A DNA stretch of 32,698 bases, taken from Planctomycetota bacterium (GTDB lineage Bacteria > Planctomycetota > Planctomycetia > JALXBF01). Positions 1-8,705 of this stretch are shown here, piece by piece (positions within the stretch are counted from its first letter, which is position 1; every line of letters starts with the position of its first letter). Position numbers and translations under genes: made by a program. Below the pieces are notes generated by a model that searched no databases, was not told the origin of the DNA, and saw nothing but the letters and a program-made list of their open reading frames with translations. The stretch is from positions 1-32,698 of the forward strand of contig JALXBF010000181.1 in assembly GCA_026991575.1 (NCBI GenBank). The letters are read 5' to 3'.

Positions 1-1
1 T

Positions 2-2530
2 GACCGTGTAAGGGGCAGGGTGGCTCCGGACGATCACGACGAAGACGATCACCAGCCCCAGGCTGCCGAGCGCGAGCAGCCACTCTCCGGGCAGCCCCGC
101 GATCAGGGCCAGCCCGCCCAGGCCGCCCAAGCCACCCAGGCCCCCGCCGAAGCCAAAGGCGCCGATCGGTACCACCAGATCGGCCACCGGATAAACCTTG
201 GTGACCAACGTGTCGGCTGCTTTGGTCTCGGTCGTGATCAGCAGCACGTCATCTTGGACGATGTAGGCCAGACCCACCTGGGACAACGCCAGCTTCAACG
301 CGCTGCGTAGCGGGATCTGCTCAACCTCGATCGTAATCGGGTCCTCAGTAGACAGCCCTTCCTCTTCGATCGCTGCCCGATCCAGGACAATGTTGATGCC
401 GGTCTGCTCACGCAGCAACGATACGACTTCGTCAAGCGGGGTTTCCTGGTACGACAGCGTCACCGGGCTGTCCAGCGCCTCCATAATCCGCTGTTCCGCC
501 TCGCTCGGAGACGACAGGTCGATGGATGCCCATTTGCGCAACCGCCGCTCCGACATCTCGATCCACCACTGCGGATCCGGGTACTCGACCGGCGGCTCAT
601 CTGGGAACGGAATGTGCGACTTGTCCACTTCCAGCCAGGTCAACAGCGTCCGGTAGCGGCGGAAGTCACGCAGGTCGAAGATCTCCGACAGGTTCGCTAG
701 GACCTGGGCGTGGAATCGGGCGACGAGCAGGATCTCGGTGCTCGGGTCCACTGCAAACACGCGCGTCACCAACACCTTGTTTGCTGGTCCGGTCGGCCAG
801 CGGGCGCCCAGCGTGGGATCGACCACCAGCGCCATGCGTGCCCGTTCCAGCGCTTCGCGCAGACGCCGCTCATCCATCAGCTGCTCGAAGTCGCGCATCG
901 TCTGATCGAGCTCGGTCTGCCGCTGAAGCAGTTCACGCTGCAGGCGGTCGATCTCGGCCAGTTGCGCTTCGCGCCGCAGCCGCTCTGCTTCCTCTGCCTG
1001 CTGACGTTCGGTCTCCCGATAGGCCAGCCGCAGCCGGGCATCGACCTGGCGGCGCAACCGGACCCGCACTGCCTCCGGTACGTCGACCGCCGCCTCAATC
1101 CGCTGCAGCGTCAGCTTCAGCAACTCGACGGCACTGGCCGGCTCACCCTGAGCGATCAGCGCGCGAGCCTCTTGCAGGTCCCGGCTCACCATTGCCTGAA
1201 GCTGCTGAATACGGATCCGTTCCCTCTCCTGAGCTCGCTCGATCGTCACCGGCGGTGTCTCCTGGCCCTGCTGGCCGCCTTGCTCAGCCTCCTGACCGGG
1301 CTCCTCCCCTTGCTGCTGCTGGCCTTGCTGACGCAGCAGCGCCACCTTCTTCAGACCGGCCTTTGCTTCTAGGTTGAACGGGTCCTGAGCTAGCGCCCGG
1401 CGGAAGAATTCCTCCGCCGTGTCGGGCAGGTTGCGGGCCAGGGCGTGGTAACCAAGTCCGACCAGCTGGTTCGTTGTCGACGCATAGCTGACCTGGATCC
1501 AACGCAGCGCCTGGCTGCTGCCGCTAATCATGGCGTTGGGTCTGGCAGACCAATCTGACCAGAGCTGCGGCAGAAAGACGGTCTCGGGGCTGGAGTTCGG
1601 TATCGTCACGACCGCTTCAAGCCGGACACGTTGGTTGCCCACGGTGCCCGCCAGCCTCAGGCGGATCCGCTCGAGTGGCCGGTTCGACACAACCAACAGC
1701 AACGCCTCTTGGCCGCTGCGCAACGCAGTGAGCCGAGCCGGCAGGTGACGGAGCTCTTGCGGCTCGAACTCGCAGCGCTCCACGTACATGACCGGCGTCA
1801 TGACAGTGCCGGCCAGGCGGCGCGCCAGTTTCGTGGGCGACTTGCTATCTTCGGCAACAAACGCGCCACCGGTCCGCAGTGCCAGCTGTTCCAGCAGGGC
1901 ATCGTCGCGCTGGCTTCCCACTGGCACGGTGCTCAACACGACCCTGGCCCTCGCCAGCTCGGCGAGAACCGTCTCTGCCTCCGCAGGCAGCACGACCCGT
2001 TCAGTCTGAAGCCCATCCCCGATGTAGATCACATGGAGCGGCTCGCTGCTTGCCGAGGCCAGCCTAATCAGCTGACGCAGCATCGCGACCGTGTCGCTGG
2101 TGCCCAGCGGCGTCTGCTGGTCCAGGAGGGCCAGCGCGTGAGCCAGCGAACGGCTGCCAGGTGCGGCAGGTTCGCTGTTCAGCAGGACCAGCTCGCGGTT
2201 TGCCGTGGCTAGCTGGACACGCACATGGGCAGGCAAAACGGACGCCAGCTGGCGGACGAGCTGCCGCGTGAATTTCCACGCCTCGCCCGCCTGGCTACCG
2301 GAACTGTCCGCTACGATGAGCAAACGGTCCGAGACCAGCGCGGCGTGCTTTTGCAGCGACGCCCGCACCGAAAGCGCCACGTACGTGCTGCCGTCCTTGG
2401 CCTGGTAGGCCTTCGCCGCTACGGTTAGCGTTTCGTCCCCGCCGGCAGCCACCCGCGGAAGGATGCCAGGGATTGCTGCCAGGCCAACCGCCAGGAAGGC
2501 TACGGCCACTAGCTTGCTGCGTCGTGACAT
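2..2530 (-). CDS. Large exported VWA-domain protein with TPR/coiled-coil middle, STN/secretin-N0-like domain, Gly-rich stretch and hydrophobic segment (partial, runs off left edge; not in ORF track)
   Basis: Manual translation from ATG at 2530 stays open to the window edge (843 codons). It starts with a signal-like MSRRSKLVAVAFLAVGLAAIPG. MIDAS-type motifs follow: LLIVADSSGSQ, PLGTSD, VIYIGDG. Then a TPR-like AEEFFRRALAQDPFNLEAKAGL, a Q/E-rich linker and an R/E/Q coiled coil. The last part is IPFPDEPPVEYPDPQWW, YQETPLDEVVSLLREQTGINIVLD...IPLRSALKLAL...YIVQDDVLLITT...VTKVYPVADLV, then GGGLGGLGGLGG and WLLALGSLGLVIVFVVIV. The + ORFs 20..310, 710..1372 and 1631..2212 are its antisense-frame shadows. 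Confidence 0.88.
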   Translation of the reverse strand, partial: MSRRSKLVAVAFLAVGLAAIPGILPRVAAGGDETLTVAAKAYQAKDGSTYVALSVRASLQKHAALVSDRLLIVADSSGSQAGEAWKFTRQLVRQLASVLPAHVRVQLATANRELVLLNSEPAAPGSRSLAHALALLDQQTPLGTSDTVAMLRQLIRLASASSEPLHVIYIGDGLQTERVVLPAEAETVLAELARARVVLSTVPVGSQRDDALLEQLALRTGGAFVAEDSKSPTKLARRLAGTVMTPVMYVERCEFEPQELRHLPARLTALRSGQEALLLVVSNRPLERIRLRLAGTVGNQRVRLEAVVTIPNSSPETVFLPQLWSDWSARPNAMISGSSQALRWIQVSYASTTNQLVGLGYHALARNLPDTAEEFFRRALAQDPFNLEAKAGLKKVALLRQQGQQQQGEEPGQEAEQGGQQGQETPPVTIERAQERERIRIQQLQAMVSRDLQEARALIAQGEPASAVELLKLTLQRIEAAVDVPEAVRVRLRRQVDARLRLAYRETERQQAEEAERLRREAQLAEIDRLQRELLQRQTELDQTMRDFEQLMDERRLREALERARMALVVDPTLGARWPTGPANKVLVTRVFAVDPSTEILLVARFHAQVLANLSEIFDLRDFRRYRTLLTWLEVDKSHIPFPDEPPVEYPDPQWWIEMSERRLRKWASIDLSSPSEAEQRIMEALDSPVTLSYQETPLDEVVSLLREQTGINIVLDRAAIEEEGLSTEDPITIEVEQIPLRSALKLALSQVGLAYIVQDDVLLITTETKAADTLVTKVYPVADLVVPIGAFGFGGGLGGLGGLGGLALIAGLPGEWLLALGSLGLVIVFVVIVRSHPAPYTV

Positions 2531-2652
2531 GCCTGCGGACTCCCGGATACGCGTGCGTGTGCCAGGTCTAACTCTAGCGTTGCTTGCCGGTTATACGACT
2601 TCGCTCGGGCCGATGCGCCCCATACAAGTGTACCGGACGCAGCTTCGCCCGC

Positions 2653-2675
2653 CAGGCACGGCGGGGCCGTGCCTG
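2653..2675. promoter_or_regulatory. Perfect 10-bp inverted repeat in divergent intergenic region
   Basis: CAGGCACGGC-GGG-GCCGTGCCTG lies between the divergent starts at 2530 (-) and 2874 (+). Function unknown. Confidence 0.4.
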
Positions 2676-2873
2676 CTACGGTACTAGTCGATGGTAACGG
2701 GGATGGGTTCACGCGTCTGCCCGGGCTCGGCCGCGGCCCGGGCTGGATAGACGGACCGGGTAAGCTGTAGGGAATCTGAGGTCGGCACGGGGGGCGGAGT
2801 CCGCGGAGCTGCCGGCCGCGGTACACTTGCTTGCCCTGAGCCACCCACGGCGACTACACCGGAGGACAACACG

Positions 2874-3650
2874 ATGCTCAAAGGTCGACTTCTGCTCTGT
2901 TGGGCAGCTGGCCTGGTTGTTGGCTTTGTAGCGGCCTGGCTACTATTGGCCGCGTCTGCTCGGTCGGGCAGCACAATGGTCGCCCGGTCAGGCCGGTTGT
3001 TGGGCGTGCCCGTGCTGGCGGCGGGCGTGCTGCAACGAGCCGACCGGTCGCCGTTCCTTCGAGGCCTGACGCTGGAACGTAGCCCGCTGGCGAAGGACGA
3101 GTTCGAACGGCGTGTTCTAGGCGTGATCGCGGAGTTGGAGCGGGGACCCTGGTACGCGAACGTGCCGCAGCGCGACGGCCGTTTCCTGAGGCAGATCACC
3201 GAGGCGATCGCAGCACAGTACGTTGTCGAGATTGGTACGTCCAGCGGATACTCGGGCTTATGGTTTGCGCTGGCACTAAAACGAACCGGCGGCAAGCTGT
3301 ACACGCATGAGATCGACCCTGAGCGGATCCGGATAGCGCGGCACAACTTCCGAAAGGCGGGCGTCGAAGATCTGATCGAGATCATCCCCGGCGATGCTCA
3401 CCAGACGGTGTTACGGCACGAAGGGCCCATCGATCTGGTCTTCATCGATGCTGATAAGCCGGGCTATCCAGACTACCTGGAGAAGTTGCTGCCGAAGGTG
3501 CGGCCCGGAGGTGTGATCCTTGCGCACAACATGCGTCGGCCGGCGCCGAGCCCCGAGTACGTTGAGGCCGTGACCACGTCGCCGGAACTGGAGACGACCT
3601 TCCTGTTCATGGACGCGGCCGGCATGGCGTTTACGATCAAGAAGCGGTAA
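2874..3650 (+). CDS. Class I SAM-dependent O-methyltransferase (COMT/CCoAOMT/YrrM-like, Methyltransf_3) with N-terminal hydrophobic extension
   Basis: Motifs VVEIGTSSGYS, THEID, IIPGDA, DLVFIDADK and KVRPGGVILAHN. SD GGAGGA at 2861-2866. Confidence 0.9.
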   Translation: MLKGRLLLCWAAGLVVGFVAAWLLLAASARSGSTMVARSGRLLGVPVLAAGVLQRADRSPFLRGLTLERSPLAKDEFERRVLGVIAELERGPWYANVPQRDGRFLRQITEAIAAQYVVEIGTSSGYSGLWFALALKRTGGKLYTHEIDPERIRIARHNFRKAGVEDLIEIIPGDAHQTVLRHEGPIDLVFIDADKPGYPDYLEKLLPKVRPGGVILAHNMRRPAPSPEYVEAVTTSPELETTFLFMDAAGMAFTIKKR

Positions 3651-3663
3651 CCGGAGGGATGCC

Positions 3664-5103
3664 GTGGCACGCCAGCAGGATGCGGTCATCGTCGTACGGC
3701 CGTCGCTATCGATGTGGGATGCGATCAGCATCATCGTAGGCATCGTCATCGGCACGGCCATCTTCCGCAGTGCTCCGATGGTGTTCCAGAATGCCACCTC
3801 GCCGCTGGCGGCGCTGGGCATCTGGGCATTCGGTGGCTTCCTGTCGCTGATGGGAGCCTACTGCTACGCTGAGCTGGCGACAGCGTTTCCGCGAATGGGT
3901 GGCGAGTATGAGTTTCTCCGCCGCGCGTACGGCGGTTGGATGGGTTTTCTGTTCGCCTGGGCTCAGCTCATCGTTGTGCTGACCGGCTCCATTGCTAGCG
4001 TGGCCTATGCGTTTGCCGACTACGCTGCAGCCACGTTCGGGGGCGGTGACCGGGCCGTGCTGTTGTTGTCGGCCGGTATTATCGTGGTGCTGAGCGTCAC
4101 GAATGCTGCGGGCATTGTCTTTGGCAAAGTGGTCCAGAACGTGCTCAGCGTCCTGAAGATCGCGGCTCTGGTGATTGTCTGCGCCGTGGCGGCCTGGTGG
4201 GGTGAGCCGGCACGGCTGAGTGGGCCGAGCCTGCCGCTGGAGGGACCCGGCTTCGGGCTCGCGCTCGTGTTCGTGCTCTACGCGTATGGCGGCTGGAACG
4301 AGTGTGCGTTTGTGGCGGCCGAGATCAAGGACCGCAACCGCGACCTGCCTCGAGCGCTGCTCGGCGGCCTGGCCGCGATCACCGTGCTCTACCTTCTGGT
4401 TAATGCTGCCTACGTCGCCGTGCTCGGCTTCGACGGTGCCCGCTCAACCAAGACGCCCGCGGCCGATGTCCTCCAGCACGTGTTCGGCGCTACGGCGGGC
4501 CGCATCGTCAGCGCAATGATCATGCTCTCGGCCGCCGGTGCCATCAACGGCATGATTCTTACCAGCGCCCGCGTCTACGTCGCGCTCGGGCACGATCACC
4601 CGACGCTGTCGCGACTGGCCCGTTGGGATCCCGACCGCGCGGCCCCCCTGACGGCACTGGCCGTGCAGGCGATCCTGTCGCTGGCTTTCGTGCTGGTGGT
4701 CGGCAGCGCGACAGGACGAACCCTGCTGGACCGAACACTTGCCGCACTCGGGCTGCCTACGATCCCGTGGCAGCAGTACCAGGGGGGGTTCGAGGCACTG
4801 GTGGCGGGCACTGCCCCGGTGTTCTGGTTCTTCTTCTTCTTGAGCGGCACCACGGTTGTCGTGCTGCGGTACAAGTACCCGGACGTGCCGCGGCCATTCC
4901 GCGTGCCGTTCTATCCGCTGCCGGTGCTGATCTTTTGCACAAGCTGCCTGTACATGCTGTATTCGGCGATCGCCTACGCACGCTACCTGACGCTGATCGG
5001 CCTGGCACCCCTTGCACTCGGGATACCGGTCCTGATCGCCGATGTCTGCATCAGGCGTAGGACCGAGCAAAAGGCCGGGACAGATCAGGCAGCGACCGGC
5101 TGA
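3664..5103 (+). CDS. APC-family amino acid permease (LAT/SteT-like)
   Basis: About 12 hydrophobic segments with IIVGIVIGTAIF, YAELATAFPRMGGEY, YAYGGWN, AEIKDRNRDLPRA and RPFRVPFYP. GTG start with GGAGGG SD, 13 nt after the methyltransferase stop. Confidence 0.92.
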   Translation: MARQQDAVIVVRPSLSMWDAISIIVGIVIGTAIFRSAPMVFQNATSPLAALGIWAFGGFLSLMGAYCYAELATAFPRMGGEYEFLRRAYGGWMGFLFAWAQLIVVLTGSIASVAYAFADYAAATFGGGDRAVLLLSAGIIVVLSVTNAAGIVFGKVVQNVLSVLKIAALVIVCAVAAWWGEPARLSGPSLPLEGPGFGLALVFVLYAYGGWNECAFVAAEIKDRNRDLPRALLGGLAAITVLYLLVNAAYVAVLGFDGARSTKTPAADVLQHVFGATAGRIVSAMIMLSAAGAINGMILTSARVYVALGHDHPTLSRLARWDPDRAAPLTALAVQAILSLAFVLVVGSATGRTLLDRTLAALGLPTIPWQQYQGGFEALVAGTAPVFWFFFFLSGTTVVVLRYKYPDVPRPFRVPFYPLPVLIFCTSCLYMLYSAIAYARYLTLIGLAPLALGIPVLIADVCIRRRTEQKAGTDQAATG

Positions 5104-6989
5104 GGGGCGTCGTAATGGACACGATGCCACATCTCAAGCATCAGCAGGCACCAGAGCCGGTAGCTGTGATCCCAAGTGCCGGCGATGTGTTCTTCCACCA
5201 GGCGTTCCAGCACGGCCGGCTCAAAGTAACCTCGCTCCCGCGCGGTTCGATCCAGCAGCACGTCGCGAAGCAGCTCGGCCAACGGCCCGCGGAACCAACT
5301 GTCCAGCGGCACGCCGAAGCCCATCTTCGGGCGGCGCCGCAGCCGGGGCGGAAAGAACCGAGCAAACGCCTCCTTCAATAACCGCTTACCCTCCAGTCCC
5401 TGCATCTTCAGCCGCAGCGGCAACTGCACGGCCAGCTCCACGACGTGGTGGTCCAAGAAAGGACTGCGGCACTCCAGGCCGTGAGCCATACTGGCGATGT
5501 CAACCTTGGTCAGCAGATCGCACGGCAAGTAGCTGAAAAGGTCCACGAGCGTTGTCCGCGTCACGAAGTCACGCGGTGGCAGCGACCGGTACAGCGAAAG
5601 CAGGAACTGCTCGGGAGCGTCCGCCAACTTCGACACGAAGTCTACCGTGTACAACTCGGCCCGGCGCGTCTGGTCGAAGATCACAATCCACTGCAAGTAC
5701 CGCTCCTCGGGCGGTAACCGCAACGCGGCCATGAGCTTCTTCAGCCGTCGCCGCCTCGACTTCTGCCGCACCGAAGCCGGCAGGTAGCGCCACAACGGAT
5801 TGGCGATCGTGGCACGTAGCGGAGTGGGCAACCGGTCAAACCATCCGCCCAGTCGTACGGCCCGGTACCGGGGATAACCGGCAAAGAGCTCATCGCCGGC
5901 GTCGCCGGTCAGGGCCACGGTCACATGTTGTCTGGTCCACTGCGATAGCAAGAAGGTGGGGATGGCGGAGCTGTCCCCAAAAGGCTCATCATAGTGCCAC
6001 GCCAGCCGGTCGACCATCTCCAGCGCTTCAGGCCGCACGACAAGTTCGTGGTGTTCCGTGCCGAGATGTCGGGCAGCTTCCGCCGCATAGCGACGCTCGT
6101 CAAACTCCGGCTGGTCAAAGCCGATGCAGAAAGTCTGCACCGGGCGATCGCTCAGCTCTTGCATTAGGCCGACGACGATGGTCGAGTCGATACCCCCGGA
6201 AAGAAACGCTCCCAGGGGCACGTCGCTGATCATCCGTAACTCGGTCGCCTCACGCAGCGTAGCCTGCAGCCGCTCGGCGGCTTCCGCCGGCGTGATGTCG
6301 GTCCGCTCTACATCGACCGGCGGCTGCCAGTAGCGGGCAAGGCGCAACTGGCCGTCACGCCAGACAGCGTAGTGCGCAGGAGGCAGCTTGCGGATGCGAC
6401 GGTAGATCGTGTGGGGGTGCGGGATGTACTGGTAGGTCAGGAAGTGATCGATGGCGGTCGGGTTGAGCTCGCGCGGGACGATCGGCAGGCGGGCCAGAGC
6501 CTTCAGCTCGCTGGCAAACACGATCCGATGACCGTCCTCATAGTAGACCAACGGCTTCTGGCCCAGGCGGTCGCGAGCGAGGAAGAGCTGCTGGCGAGCA
6601 GCGTCCCAGAGGGCAAAGGCAAACATGCCGCGCAGTCGTCGGAGGCAGTCGGTTCCTTCCTCTTCATACAGGTGCACCAGAACTTCGGTGTCGCTCTGTG
6701 TGCGGAAGCGGTGGCCGGCAGCCTCCAGCCGCCGACGTAACGCACGGTAGTTGTAGATTTCGCCGTTGAAGACCACCCAGACGGAGCCATCCTCGTTGCT
6801 CATCGGTTGGCTGCCGTGGGCCAGGTCAATGATGGCCAGCCGGCGGAAACCTAGCAGCACGCGATCGCCCCAATAGGTTCCCTCCTCATCCGGGCCGCGG
6901 TGACGTAGCGCGGCAACCGCCTGAGCAAACTGCGCGCGACTAACCGGCGCAGGACCCTCTTTCCAGGCCAGACCGCAGATGCCGCACAT
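5085..6989 (-). CDS. asnB: Asparagine synthase (glutamine-hydrolysing) family amidotransferase
   Basis: N-terminal MCGICG (Ntn Cys2), HRGPD, RRLAIIDL, FNGEIYN, DRLGQKPL, FLSGGIDS, TGDAGDELFAGY and RPKMGF. Its 3' end overlaps the permease 3' end by 19 bp. Confidence 0.95.
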   Translation of the reverse strand: MCGICGLAWKEGPAPVSRAQFAQAVAALRHRGPDEEGTYWGDRVLLGFRRLAIIDLAHGSQPMSNEDGSVWVVFNGEIYNYRALRRRLEAAGHRFRTQSDTEVLVHLYEEEGTDCLRRLRGMFAFALWDAARQQLFLARDRLGQKPLVYYEDGHRIVFASELKALARLPIVPRELNPTAIDHFLTYQYIPHPHTIYRRIRKLPPAHYAVWRDGQLRLARYWQPPVDVERTDITPAEAAERLQATLREATELRMISDVPLGAFLSGGIDSTIVVGLMQELSDRPVQTFCIGFDQPEFDERRYAAEAARHLGTEHHELVVRPEALEMVDRLAWHYDEPFGDSSAIPTFLLSQWTRQHVTVALTGDAGDELFAGYPRYRAVRLGGWFDRLPTPLRATIANPLWRYLPASVRQKSRRRRLKKLMAALRLPPEERYLQWIVIFDQTRRAELYTVDFVSKLADAPEQFLLSLYRSLPPRDFVTRTTLVDLFSYLPCDLLTKVDIASMAHGLECRSPFLDHHVVELAVQLPLRLKMQGLEGKRLLKEAFARFFPPRLRRRPKMGFGVPLDSWFRGPLAELLRDVLLDRTARERGYFEPAVLERLVEEHIAGTWDHSYRLWCLLMLEMWHRVHYDAPQPVAA

Positions 6990-7098
6990 CGATGGTCGTC
7001 GCTCTCATGAGTTGCTTCGGCGCTGATCCGTTCAGCGAACCGAGACGGTACCTTCTGCAGGGGGCGTCTGGGGGAAACGGCCCGCAGCTGTCCGCTTC

Positions 7099-8310
7099 TC
7101 ACAAAAGGGCTGCCCGAATGCCACCGGCAGGCACAGGACGTACCGACAGCTCGCGCTGGCCTTCCGGTTCGTAAGCCTTCTGCCACGCGGGCAATCCGCG
7201 TGCTCCCTGCTGAAGCAGCTCCGTATAAAGCCTTACGTGGGCGGACACCATCCGTTCGACGGTGAATTGGCTGCGCACCAGCGTACGGCCGGCATCACCC
7301 ATGCGGCGCCGCAACGCCGGGTCGTCCAGCAGCTGGTTGATCCGCTTGGCCATCTGTGCCCGGTCCCCGACCGGAACCAGATAGCCCGTGATCCCATCAC
7401 GCACAACCTCACGGGTGCCAGGGATCGCCGTGGCGACCACAGGTAGCCCGGCTGCCATTGCCTCCAGTACGCAGTTCGGCATGCCTTCGTACTCGCTGGG
7501 TAGCACGAGCACATCCAACGCAGCAAGTAGCTCGGGTACGTCGTTGCGGTGCCCTAGGAAAAGGGTCCGTTCGCCCATACCGACATCGCGGGCATACTGT
7601 TGAAGCTCCTCCCGCAGCGGGCCATCACCGATGATCACGAGCCTGATCTGGGGCTTGATGTTGCGGACGATGTCACATGCCCAGATCAGGTCCCGGACAC
7701 GCTTCTGGGGCCAGAGCCGACCGACGAAGCCAACCACGAGGTGTTCGTCGCAGAGACCCAGTTCAGCGCGTTTGGCACGCCGTGACACGAACGCGGGGCG
7801 TTCCTCGTCGGGCAGTGCATTGGGGATCACGACCATCTTCTCCTCTGGAATGCCGACGCGGTCGCGGTAGAACTCAAGCACGCCGCGGGAGTTGACCACG
7901 ATGCGGTCGGTGTAGCGCAGCAGGAGACGGTCGAGCTGGAAGTGCAGGGGACCCTTCCAGTGGTCGGCACACCGTTCGGTGGCAACGAGTGGTCGCAGCC
8001 GGAGGCTGGCAGCAGCTAGTCGGCCGTAGCTGTTGGCAGCAAAAAGCCACGTGTGGACCAGATCATAGCGGCCACCGCGGAGCTTCTGTCGCAACCGCCA
8101 CCAACAGAGTGGGTCTGCTTTGAGTCGTTTGTTGAGCAAGTGGACAGCAATCCCGGCCTCACGCAGACGCTGCTCGTACGGCCCGGTTCGAGTCAGAACG
8201 AGGACCTCCGGCTGAAAGCCGTGCCGGGGTAGGTGGGTTGCCAGAATCGTCAGCTGCTTCTCGGCGCCGCTGCGTTCCAGTGTTGGGATGATCAAGCCGA
8301 TGCGATACAT
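7099..8310 (-). CDS. Glycosyltransferase family 4 (GT-B, RfaB-like)
   Basis: SGAEKQL, DLVHTW, VGFVGRLWPQKR, IIGDGPLR and PSEYEGMPNCVLEAMAAGLPVVAT (EX7E motif). Confidence 0.93.
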   Translation of the reverse strand: MYRIGLIIPTLERSGAEKQLTILATHLPRHGFQPEVLVLTRTGPYEQRLREAGIAVHLLNKRLKADPLCWWRLRQKLRGGRYDLVHTWLFAANSYGRLAAASLRLRPLVATERCADHWKGPLHFQLDRLLLRYTDRIVVNSRGVLEFYRDRVGIPEEKMVVIPNALPDEERPAFVSRRAKRAELGLCDEHLVVGFVGRLWPQKRVRDLIWACDIVRNIKPQIRLVIIGDGPLREELQQYARDVGMGERTLFLGHRNDVPELLAALDVLVLPSEYEGMPNCVLEAMAAGLPVVATAIPGTREVVRDGITGYLVPVGDRAQMAKRINQLLDDPALRRRMGDAGRTLVRSQFTVERMVSAHVRLYTELLQQGARGLPAWQKAYEPEGQRELSVRPVPAGGIRAALL

Positions 8311-8705
8311 GGGAAGCTGAGTGCTCCGACCGGCTCGGCTGCAGTCATCGGGAGTTCGCCAATCGCACCGCGTTCGGTGTGGGGTCTACCGGCATAGCCA
8401 CCAACCGCTTCGCCCGCGGTAATGGTACCACTCCTTCCCAAACGGGCCTAGGCGACTTGAAGCCTTCGGACCGCGTCCGACCGACCTCGCGCACCGGAGA
8501 CAACCCGCCCCGCCTGCGCGCAATACGCGTGCGCGTCTCGATTACCCAGGCTGCCCGGTCGAACCGATCGACGGTACAGAGCCTGCTGGAATAGCTCGAG
8601 GACTGCGGCTGTACGACACAACGCAGCGGCCGAGACGCCAGAGGCGCCTGGGAGAGCGATAGCATCTTGCTGGGCAAGCCGCTGCAGCCGGCGCACTGCA
8701 ACGGG

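Noticed and set aside
20..2212. Plus-strand ORFs 20..310, 526..1377, 710..1372, 1631..2212
   Set aside because: They are antisense shadows of the long minus-strand VWA/STN-like gene and carry no motifs of their own.
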